A stretch of DNA of 32,000 nucleotides. It comes from Acaryochloris marina S15. Lineage in GTDB: Bacteria; Cyanobacteriota; Cyanobacteriia; Thermosynechococcales; Thermosynechococcaceae. The stretch lies in contig NZ_CP064923.1 in NCBI RefSeq assembly GCF_018336915.1, positions 4,290,001 to 4,322,000 on the forward strand. Reading direction: 5' to 3'. Shown piece after piece: positions 24,286-32,000 of the stretch (position 1 is its first letter; each line of letters starts with the position of its first letter). Position numbers and translations under genes: made by a program. Under the pieces are notes generated by a model that had not been told where the DNA came from, searched no databases, and was given only the letters and a program-made list of their open reading frames with translations.

Positions 24286-26904
24286 TTAACTGACAGGCAT
24301 CCCTAAAATATCCTCAATCTTGGGTAATTCCTCCAAAGGAATCACACGACCTTCCTCAATAAAGCCATCAATCTGATCAAAATTCAGATAGCGATATAGC
24401 TCATCCGCAAAAGGATCGATCTTCTTGGCCACAATCTCCAGATATTCTTCTGGAGTGGGAATTCGGCCTAAGAGGGCGCAGGCTGCAGCCAACTCCGCCG
24501 ACCCCAGATACACTTGTGCTCCTTTGCCCATCCGGTTATTAAAGTTACGGGTAGACGTTGAAAACACTGTCACGCCATCTTCAACCCGAGCTTGGTTCCC
24601 CATACAGAGAGAACATCCCGGCATCTCCGTCCTTGCACCCGCAGCCTCAAAAATTTCGTAATAGCCTTCCTCCCGGAGCTGCTTTTCATCCATCCGGGTA
24701 GGAGGACAAATCCAGAGTCTCGCTTTAGTGGGGCCTGCCCCTTCTAGAACTTTTGCGGCTGCTCGGTAATGGCCAATATTAGTCATGCAGGACCCGATAA
24801 ACACCTCATGAATGGGGTCATTGACAACATCAGATAGGGTTTTAATGTTGTCGGGGTCATTGGGAGCTGCCACCAATGGCTCCCGAATCTCAGTGAGGTT
24901 AACCTCCACCACTTCAGCATATTCAGCATCCGCATCCGCTGACATAAGTTCGGGCTTTTCTAACCAAGCTTCCATCTTGGCTACTCGGCGTAGAATTGTG
25001 CGGGCATCTTGGTAACCCCGAGCCGCCATGTTCTTGAGGAGGGCGACATTAGAGCGCAAATATTCAGCCACGGTCTCTTCGCTGAGCTTAATCGTGCAGC
25101 CAGAAGCAGATCGCTCTGCTGATGCGTCCGTGAGTTCAAAAGCTTGCTCTAGTTTTAGATCGGGCAATCCTTCCATCTCTAGAACCCGGCCAGAGTAGAT
25201 GTTTTTCTTATTCTGCTTCTCAACTGTAAGCAACCCCTTCTGAATGGCAACATAGGGAATGGCATTGACGATATCTCGCAGGGTAATACCGGGCTGTAGA
25301 TCTCCCGAGAATTTCACCAGAACAGATTCAGGCATATCCAAAGGCATCGCTCCAATCGCCGCGGCAAAGGCTACTAGCCCCGACCCTGCAGGAAAGGAAA
25401 TGCCCAAGGGAAAACGAGTATGGGAGTCCCCTCCTGTACCGACGGTGTCGGGAAGCAGCATGCGGTTGAGCCAAGAGTGAATAATGCCATCGCCGGGTCG
25501 CAGGGCTACTCCACCCCGAGAAGCAAAGAAATCGGGGAGGTTTTGATGAGTTTCAATATCGACGGGTTTGGGATAGGCCGCCGTGTGGCAAAAACTCTGC
25601 ATCACCAAATCAGAGCTAAAGCCTAAGCAGGCCAACTCCTTCATTTCATCCCGAGTCATCGGCCCCGTCGTATCTTGGGAGCCAACAGTGGTCATTAAAG
25701 GTTCGCAGGACATACCGGGACGAACCCCAGGCAGACCACAGGCCTTGCCCACCATCTTTTGGGCGAGGGTAAAGCCTTTACCGGAATCGGGGGGTGGAGT
25801 GGGTCGAGTAAAGACATCGCTTGGCTCCATGCCCAGCTCAATACGAATTTTGTCCGTTAGAGATCGACCAATCAGTAAAGGAATCCGACCTCCGGCTTGG
25901 ACTTCATCGGTAATGGTTTCGGGCTTGAGATTAAAGGTGGTGAGGACTGTGCCTGACTCGTCGGTGATCTCGCCTTTGTAGGGATGGATGGTAATCACCA
26001 TTCCGGTTTCCAGACTGGAGACATCACATTCGAGGGGCAAGGCTCCTGAATCTTCTGCTGTGTTGAAGAAAATGGGGGCAATGTTACTCCCCAAGATATA
26101 GCCCCCGGCTCGTTTGTTGGGGACGAAGGGAATATCATCGCCAATATGCCAGAGCACAGAGTTGATGGCTGATTTACGGGAAGAGCCCGTACCAACCACA
26201 TCTCCCACATAAGCCACGGGATGGCCTTTCTGTTTCAGCTGCTCCAAAGTATCTAGCCCCTCTGGCATCCGGGTTTCTAACATCGCCAATGCATGGAGAG
26301 GAATATCGGGGCGGGTGGTGGCATGGGGGGCGGGAGACAGATCGTCCGTATTGGTTTCGCCCGGTACTTTGAAGACGGTAACGGTGATAGATTCGGGTAA
26401 GGAGGATTGGGTGGTAAACCATTCCGCTGCTACCCAAGAATCAATCACGGATTGGGCATAGGCATTGGTTTGGGCTAATTCCATCACGTCATGGTAGGCG
26501 TCGTAAACCAGGACCGTATGTTTGAGGGCAGTGGCGGCAGCGGTGGCTAATGCGGAATTATCGGATTTGAGTAGGTCCACTAAGGACTGCACATTGTAAC
26601 CGCCCATCATGGTGCCAAGAAGTTCAACAGCAGCAATGGGAGTGATGAGGGGGCTGGTGGTTTCGTTGTTTGCGATCGCACTCAAAAACGAAGCCTTCAC
26701 ATAGGCTGCCTGATCCACCCCAGGCGGGATGCGATCGCGCAGCAATGCCATCAACGCATCTTCTTCTCCTGCAGGCGGAGACTTGAGCAGCTCACACAGA
26801 TCTGCCGTCTGCTCAGCCGTCAACGGCAGGGGGGGAATTCCCAAAGCAGCCCGTTCTTGAACATGTTGGCGGTAAGATTTCAGCATTTCCAAACCAGATC
26901 CCAT
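24286..26904 (-). CDS. acnB: Aconitate hydratase B (bifunctional aconitase 2 / 2-methylisocitrate dehydratase)
   Basis: 872 aa. The N-terminal MLKSYRQHVQERAALGIPPLPLTAEQTADLCELLKSPPAGEED parallels the AcnB HEAT-like/swivel N-terminus. Fe-S ligand region FIGSCMTN..PGCSLCMGNQ. The true start may be the internal ATG at 26886. Confidence 0.92.
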   Translation of the reverse strand: MGSGLEMLKSYRQHVQERAALGIPPLPLTAEQTADLCELLKSPPAGEEDALMALLRDRIPPGVDQAAYVKASFLSAIANNETTSPLITPIAAVELLGTMMGGYNVQSLVDLLKSDNSALATAAATALKHTVLVYDAYHDVMELAQTNAYAQSVIDSWVAAEWFTTQSSLPESITVTVFKVPGETNTDDLSPAPHATTRPDIPLHALAMLETRMPEGLDTLEQLKQKGHPVAYVGDVVGTGSSRKSAINSVLWHIGDDIPFVPNKRAGGYILGSNIAPIFFNTAEDSGALPLECDVSSLETGMVITIHPYKGEITDESGTVLTTFNLKPETITDEVQAGGRIPLLIGRSLTDKIRIELGMEPSDVFTRPTPPPDSGKGFTLAQKMVGKACGLPGVRPGMSCEPLMTTVGSQDTTGPMTRDEMKELACLGFSSDLVMQSFCHTAAYPKPVDIETHQNLPDFFASRGGVALRPGDGIIHSWLNRMLLPDTVGTGGDSHTRFPLGISFPAGSGLVAFAAAIGAMPLDMPESVLVKFSGDLQPGITLRDIVNAIPYVAIQKGLLTVEKQNKKNIYSGRVLEMEGLPDLKLEQAFELTDASAERSASGCTIKLSEETVAEYLRSNVALLKNMAARGYQDARTILRRVAKMEAWLEKPELMSADADAEYAEVVEVNLTEIREPLVAAPNDPDNIKTLSDVVNDPIHEVFIGSCMTNIGHYRAAAKVLEGAGPTKARLWICPPTRMDEKQLREEGYYEIFEAAGARTEMPGCSLCMGNQARVEDGVTVFSTSTRNFNNRMGKGAQVYLGSAELAAACALLGRIPTPEEYLEIVAKKIDPFADELYRYLNFDQIDGFIEEGRVIPLEELPKIEDILGMPVS

Positions 26905-27017
26905 GAAGCGTTCTCAATAAATAACAATAAAGGTTGAGCCCTATATCCAATATATCGTTGGATTGTCAGAGTCTACTGTGTAGCTTCATACTGCCAGGTC
27001 ATTTCGTCCATTCCACA

Positions 27018-27260
27018 TCAATCGACTTGATGGTATTGCGGTTGTAGGCCGTGACGGTTGCCTCCACCTGTGATCCGCTCCAACTCATTTAAGTTTCCTC
27101 TCAGAAGGAAGACCCCGACAATTGCGCCCACACTCCCAAGACCGGATATCGAATTCACACCGTCTTCACCTCGATAGATCATCATCAAAATATCGAGTAG
27201 CTCAAATAGAATCAGAGACCAGCCAGCGCATTTCAATCTCCTTCGATAAGTCTGGAACAT
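27018..27260 (-). CDS. Hypothetical small membrane protein (weak call)
   Basis: ORF with two hydrophobic stretches and no recognisable motif. Confidence 0.25.
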   Translation of the reverse strand: MFQTYRRRLKCAGWSLILFELLDILMMIYRGEDGVNSISGLGSVGAIVGVFLLRGNLNELERITGGGNRHGLQPQYHQVD

Positions 27261-27453
27261 AGCGATATAAATCCGCCAATATCTCTTCTCAGTATGACTT
27301 CTATATGAATGCAGTATAGAAATATCAAGCTTGACGGCAAGCGCAGCTAGATTACATCATCAAAAAACAAAATCTGATAGTTTTGCTATAAATATTGCCT
27401 TTTTCTAGATAAAACCAAAGGCCAAATGATTACCGCTGTGGGAGTCAAAGATA

Positions 27454-28230
27454 ATGTTCCGTCACTCTAATCAAACCTATCAATCAACGCGGCTACTTCT
27501 AGGTGTATGCGTCGCCTTAACAACATTACCTGGATTGTATGGTTGTAATAACCCAGCCAAAAAAGAAGAGGGCAAGCCACCGGTATCCTCGGGCTCAGTT
27601 TCACCTCAGCCCGCAAAGCTCCCAACCCTAAATCTTCCTGCCCAAACAAACCTATCTGCTCCGAAGTCTAAGCAACCGGTTAAAGGGGCTCCCACATCTC
27701 AGCCTGTCAATATCCCCGGCACAAGTCCCAACACTTCAAAAGTTCCCCCAAGCACCATTGAAATCCCCCCCCACCTAGCAAAAACGACGTCCCCCACTGC
27801 TGGGAGTCCTGGAGTACCGGCTCAGCCCCCCACAGCAGTGCCAGTCCCCAGCCCTATTCCCTCAGAAATTAGTCAACCCGCTCCCCCTAATATCCCTGCT
27901 GCCAATATTCCAACCCAGAATATTCCAACCGCAAAGGTCCCATCTACTCCCCCTGCGACAAACTCCCCTGCTGGATTAACCGAAGAAGCCAAGGCCATCC
28001 AACAATTCAATCAACCCATTGATCCCAATCTTCGTTTGACATCTCCCTCATCCTCTAAAGCTCCTAAAGACCTAACCTCTCAGTTTGATCCTAGTCCTGC
28101 ACCTGGAACAAATAGTGCCAGCTCCTCTAGCTCCCCATCTTCCTCTAGCTCCAATCCTTCTGGCCTCAGTCCATTGGAGTATAAATACAACCCATCAACC
28201 GGAACCTACAGTACTGGGCCTGCTGAGTAG
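27454..28230 (+). CDS. Pro/Ser-rich low-complexity lipoprotein
   Basis: Signal peptide plus lipobox (LPGLYGC). A long P/S/T/A-rich region has reiterated NIP/IPT motifs and a poly-Ser run (SASSSSSPSSSSSNPS). Confidence 0.6.
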   Translation: MFRHSNQTYQSTRLLLGVCVALTTLPGLYGCNNPAKKEEGKPPVSSGSVSPQPAKLPTLNLPAQTNLSAPKSKQPVKGAPTSQPVNIPGTSPNTSKVPPSTIEIPPHLAKTTSPTAGSPGVPAQPPTAVPVPSPIPSEISQPAPPNIPAANIPTQNIPTAKVPSTPPATNSPAGLTEEAKAIQQFNQPIDPNLRLTSPSSSKAPKDLTSQFDPSPAPGTNSASSSSSPSSSSSNPSGLSPLEYKYNPSTGTYSTGPAE

Positions 28231-28232
28231 CT

Positions 28233-28259
28233 ATCATCCGTTCAACCCGAACGCATGAT
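28233..28259. terminator. Hairpin between convergent genes (possible bidirectional terminator)
   Basis: atcatccgttc (28233..28243) pairs with gaacgcatgat (28249..28259): 10 of 11 pairs, 5-nt loop. The flanking T tract is weak. Confidence 0.3.
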
Positions 28260-28279
28260 GGTTCTTTGATCCAGCCCAT

Positions 28280-29287
28280 TCATCCTGAAAACGAGTTTGT
28301 CTCTTTCAGGGAAAACTGTGGTGCAAAGAGGGCAGGTTGTCCCCCCGTGTGCCAAAACAGAACGGTTTGCTGGCGATGAAAGTGTCCCCTGCGGATCAAA
28401 TCTAATAACCCACCCATGGCCCGACCCGAATAAACCGGATCGAGGAGAATTCCTTCTGATTGGGCCAGGAGGTTAATCGCCGATCGCTCTAGGTCACCCA
28501 CAACACCGTATCCAGCGCCTAGATAGGCGGTTTCTACACGAAAGTCTGCGGGGTGAAAGTGACACTCTGATTGGAGCATCTTGGCTGTCGAAGTAGCTAA
28601 CTCAGCCAATTGGTCCCCATAACTCAACTGCTCATCTTCAGCCTTATCAATACGAATGCCAATCAGTTCTACATCCATTGCTAAAAAAGATCGACCGACG
28701 GTCAGTCCCGCCTGCGTCCCTCCTGAACTAGAAGCAAATACAATGGCATCCATAGATTGCTCCATTGCCTGAAGCTGTTGCTGCAGTTCAGCCATCGCCG
28801 CCACAAAGCCAACTGCCCCCAAAGCATTAGAGCCGCCATAGGGAATGACATAAGGATGATGATCTTGGGCCTGTAGCTGGGATGAGATCGCATTCAACTG
28901 TTCTCCTTTGCGATCTGCCCCTGTCCAATGAATCGTCGCTCCCAAAACCTCATCCAACAGTAAATTCCCATTGGCTTGTTCTGGTGGAGTTCCCCCTAGA
29001 ACCAGATGACATTCCAATCCCACCATGGCGGCGGCGGCGGCCGTCTGCCGACAATGATTCGATTGAGCGGCCCCTGCTGTAATCACGCAATCGCAGTTTT
29101 GGTGTAGTGCATCTGCGATCAGAAATTCCAGCTTCCGGGTTTTATTACCCCCCAAGGCCAACCCCGTTTGATCATCTCGCTTGATCAGAATTCTGGGACC
29201 ACCCAGAGATTGTGACAGCCGAGGGAGTTCAACAATCGGTGTGGGGAAAAATCCTAGAGATCGGCGGGGTAAATGGTGAAACGGCAT
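28280..29287 (-). CDS. PLP-dependent D-cysteine desulfhydrase / ACC deaminase family protein
   Basis: FPTPIVELPRLS..ILIKRDDQTGLALGGNKTRKLEFLIADAL contains the PLP-binding lysine motif typical of the family. Confidence 0.85.
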   Translation of the reverse strand: MPFHHLPRRSLGFFPTPIVELPRLSQSLGGPRILIKRDDQTGLALGGNKTRKLEFLIADALHQNCDCVITAGAAQSNHCRQTAAAAAMVGLECHLVLGGTPPEQANGNLLLDEVLGATIHWTGADRKGEQLNAISSQLQAQDHHPYVIPYGGSNALGAVGFVAAMAELQQQLQAMEQSMDAIVFASSSGGTQAGLTVGRSFLAMDVELIGIRIDKAEDEQLSYGDQLAELATSTAKMLQSECHFHPADFRVETAYLGAGYGVVGDLERSAINLLAQSEGILLDPVYSGRAMGGLLDLIRRGHFHRQQTVLFWHTGGQPALFAPQFSLKETNSFSG

Positions 29288-29434
29288 CTTAGTAAATCGA
29301 CCCGCTATACCTGCAGGTTCTAAAAGTACAAGAGTAAAGCAACGTTGCCATCAAAAATCCCCGCAATCTAACCTTTTTTAGGGTAAAAAACAGGGAGAGT
29401 GACTATTATAAATACAGATAATACCGAAGAGGGC

Positions 29435-29698
29435 TTAGAGGGCTCCAGCAGACCGTAGACCTAGAATCATGCCAGCACCAATCCAATGGGCGAAGACACC
29501 TGTCGCCAGCATTTCTGGCACACCAAAGTCTTTCATGGAATCCGGTACACCAATGGGCAAAGCAGGTCCTTGACCTGGATATTTAATGGCATACCGTCCT
29601 AGGAACACCATAAGCAAGTTAATAAACAGCATCAGTATCCCTGTGTTAAAGGTCCAGGGATGACTTTCGAAGGTCGTCAAAAGTATGGGATGCATCAA
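29435..29698 (-). CDS. psaK: Photosystem I reaction centre subunit PsaK
   Basis: 87 aa with two TM helices. LGRYAIK..GPALP, a FGVPEMLATGVFAHWIGAGMILGL tract and a terminal GAL are characteristic of PsaK. Confidence 0.85.
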   Translation of the reverse strand: MMHPILLTTFESHPWTFNTGILMLFINLLMVFLGRYAIKYPGQGPALPIGVPDSMKDFGVPEMLATGVFAHWIGAGMILGLRSAGAL

Positions 29699-29872
29699 AA
29701 TTGTTCTCCTAAAAATAGCGAAACGGACTAAATCTAAAAATCTGTAACGTCGCTGACAGAATTATAAAAATTGAACTGACGCAAAAATTTGTTTTGTTTT
29801 AAGAGTTAACATTTCGCTATAAAAGTGATCCCACCTTATGCTGAAAGAAATACATGGGATGCAGAGGACTTT

Positions 29873-30526
29873 ATGCGAGTCAAAATTTGTGGCATTACTC
29901 AACCTGAGCAAGGAGTTGCGATCGCACCCCTAGGTGCCGATGCCCTCGGATTTATCTGTGTCTCCCAGTCTCCTCGCTATGTCACGCCCCAACAGATCCA
30001 GGCGATCACCCAGGTTTTACCCACTCAAACCCTGAAGGGAGAACCTCTGAGTCGGATTGGTGTTTTTGCTAATGCGGATCTAGACCTGATTCAACAAACC
30101 GTAGAAATCGGCCAATTAACAGGAGTCCAACTCCACGGGGACGAGTCACCAGAGTTCTGCCAGCAGGTCAAAGCGAAACTGCCCGAGGTTGAGTTAATTA
30201 AAGCGTTTCGGGTTCGTAGCGCTGAAACCCTTGCTCAGATCACCCCCTATGAATCGATTGCGAATACCCTATTACTCGATGCCTATACGCCTCAAGCCTT
30301 AGGCGGAACGGGACATACTTGGGATTGGACTCTGCTCAAGACCTTTGCACCAAAGTTGCCTTGGTTCCTCGCAGGGGGCTTGACGCCAGATAATGTGAAT
30401 CAAGCGGTAACGACTTTAACGCCACCAGGCATTGATCTATCAAGTGGGGTGGAACTAGCTCCAGGCAACAAAGATCTCAAAAAGGTAAAACAGCTCTTTC
30501 AACAACTGATGATTCTGCAAGCATAA
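29873..30526 (+). CDS. trpF: Phosphoribosylanthranilate isomerase
   Basis: [17 protein letters not shown], a segment SPRYV, then VQLHGDES and [10 protein letters not shown]. The tracked ORF starts at GTG 29825. I prefer ATG 29873, which gives the canonical MxVKICG N-terminus. Confidence 0.9.
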   Translation: MRVKICGITQPEQGVAIAPLGADALGFICVSQSPRYVTPQQIQAITQVLPTQTLKGEPLSRIGVFANADLDLIQQTVEIGQLTGVQLHGDESPEFCQQVKAKLPEVELIKAFRVRSAETLAQITPYESIANTLLLDAYTPQALGGTGHTWDWTLLKTFAPKLPWFLAGGLTPDNVNQAVTTLTPPGIDLSSGVELAPGNKDLKKVKQLFQQLMILQA

Positions 30527-30565
30527 TCCCACAAGTTTATGTACCTAAAATTACTGAGAATGCAC

Positions 30566-31714
30566 CTATTTTTGACCTACAATCTCAGAAATTTGCTGAA
30601 TGCCTTCCTCCTGCATTTTTGCCAGCAAGCCTTCCAAAATTCGGCGCACTATCCATGGTCCTTCATAGACCCAGCCTGTATAGACCTGTAATAAGCTGGC
30701 TCCAGCAGATAATTTTTCCCAGGCATCCTCAGCCGTAAAGATGCCACCCACACCGATAATCGGCAGTTGACCTTGGGTGTGTTGGTGGATAAATCGAATC
30801 ACGTCTGTTGAACGCGATCGCACCGGGGCACCACTAATTCCACCTGCTTCTTCACTAGGTGCATTACCCGTAACGGCAATCCGCTCCGTTTTCAGATCCC
30901 GCCGTATCGTTGTATTCGTGGCAATAATACCTGCGAGCTGATGCACTTGAGCCAAATCTACAATCGCGGCAATATCTTCCCACTCTAAGTCTGGAGCAAT
31001 CTTTACCAGCAGAGGTTTAGCCTCTGTATTCTCGGCTTGTAGACCTGCCAAAATAGGGGCCAATTGTTCGACTGCTTGGAGCGATCGCAACCCTGGGGTA
31101 TTCGGTGAACTCACATTCACCACAAAATAGTCCCCATAAGTTTTGAGGAGTCGAAAACTTCCTACATAATCTTCTACTGCTTGGTCGAGGGGTGTCACCT
31201 TTGATTTGCCTAAATTGATCCCTAGGGGATAAGAGCGCACTTGACGCTCTTGGGAAGCAGCAATCACCTCTGCCATCTGGGCAGCACCTTGGTTATTGAA
31301 TCCCATTCGGTTTAGGGCAGCTTGATCTTCAGGCAAACGAAACAAACGAGGTTGAGGATTTCCCGGTTGGGCATGGAAGGTTACGGTTCCCACTTCCGCA
31401 AATCCAAAGCCAAAACGAGGCCAAATATTTGTTGCTACGCCATCTTTATCAAACCCTGCAGCCAATCCGATGGGGTTCGCAAACGAAAGGCCCCACAAGG
31501 ATTGTGAGAGCTGAGGATCTTCCACCTGTAAAGATGAGGCCAACTGCTTCTGCAGTCCCTGAGAGAATCCCTGCTCCACGTTCTGATCCAGCCAGGCACA
31601 GGTCCGCATCAACTGGCGATGGACCGTTTCTGGATCGGCCTTCAGAGCCGAAAATAAAAGAGGTTGTAATCCTTGTTGATATATATCCACAGTTCTCTCA
31701 GGCCAGCGTCGCAC
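30566..31714 (-). CDS. pyrD: Dihydroorotate dehydrogenase (quinone), class 2
   Basis: FANPIGLAAGFDKDG, GFGFAEVGTVT, NRMGFNNQG, NVSSPNTPGLR and GGISG motifs. An alternative GTG start at 31690 (VDIYQQGL) is possible. Confidence 0.9.
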   Translation of the reverse strand: MRRWPERTVDIYQQGLQPLLFSALKADPETVHRQLMRTCAWLDQNVEQGFSQGLQKQLASSLQVEDPQLSQSLWGLSFANPIGLAAGFDKDGVATNIWPRFGFGFAEVGTVTFHAQPGNPQPRLFRLPEDQAALNRMGFNNQGAAQMAEVIAASQERQVRSYPLGINLGKSKVTPLDQAVEDYVGSFRLLKTYGDYFVVNVSSPNTPGLRSLQAVEQLAPILAGLQAENTEAKPLLVKIAPDLEWEDIAAIVDLAQVHQLAGIIATNTTIRRDLKTERIAVTGNAPSEEAGGISGAPVRSRSTDVIRFIHQHTQGQLPIIGVGGIFTAEDAWEKLSAGASLLQVYTGWVYEGPWIVRRILEGLLAKMQEEGIQQISEIVGQK

Positions 31715-31730
31715 TGAGAGTATAGCCCGG

Positions 31731-32000
31731 CTAAGGTGCAGAACCAGATGATTGGACGACGGGCCAGCCTAACCGAGTGGGCTGTTGATACACCCGCTTG
31801 AGGGTATTCATATCCCTAGCCGATATGGGGGCGGGTGTCCGCACTTGAGAAAAATAGAGGGCATCTGTCTTGAGGCGACTATGGCCCCAAATTCCCAAGG
31901 CATGACCTAACTCATGGCGAATCGCTGCCGCAATATAGGTCTCTGTTTGGTTCGTGCGCACTTGAACCATGCAGCGATGCGATAACCGCTGCTGGTCATT
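31731..32000 (-). CDS. Zinc metalloprotease, matrixin-like (HExxHxxGxxH); partial, 5' end outside the window
   Basis: AAAIRHELGHALGIWGHS zincin motif. The frame remains open upstream of the tracked Met to the window edge. Confidence 0.6.
   Translation of the reverse strand, partial: NDQQRLSHRCMVQVRTNQTETYIAAAIRHELGHALGIWGHSRLKTDALYFSQVRTPAPISARDMNTLKRVYQQPTRLGWPVVQSSGSAP

Noticed and set aside
24425-26437. Multiple 67-132 aa ORFs inside or antisense to acnB
   Set aside because: acnB is unambiguous over its full length, so these are shadow ORFs.

Overview
Cyanobacterial chromosomal window. Evidence for the taxon: the HIP1 octamer GCGATCGC occurs 9 times by eye, and psaK, acnB, trpF, pyrD and a DevCA-type exporter are present. 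The right end (24.3-32 kb) is ordinary housekeeping: acnB, D-cysteine desulfhydrase family, psaK, trpF, pyrD and a partial metalloprotease. The left end carries two paralogous 4-Cys/Ser-Thr-kinase/TM/TPR genes that bracket a GT2 glycosyltransferase and a GXWXG/DUF4334 gene, followed by an HpnA-like epimerase. The centre (about 6.3-16.1 kb) looks accessory and is the most interesting part. It holds eight small + strand genes and no recognisable toxin gene. Three look like SUKH-superfamily immunity proteins (SUKH-4-like, SUKH-3-like, SMI1/KNR4); the others are DinB, a SIMPL-domain protein and three unknowns. These genes surround a reverse-strand devC-devA ABC exporter that lacks devB. The region also contains a 107-bp relic of a second devA, a 39-bp-period tandem repeat, an IS4-family element with a frameshifted transposase, and a recurring conserved element at the 5' junction of several cassettes. 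Next come a LysR regulator divergent from a tight four-gene redox/crotonase operon, a secreted BON-domain protein with an extremely Arg/His/Phe-rich segment, and a lipoprotein translationally coupled to a GGDEF cyclase. All protein family calls come from motif recognition by eye, not from searches. I saw no rRNA, tRNA or CRISPR array.
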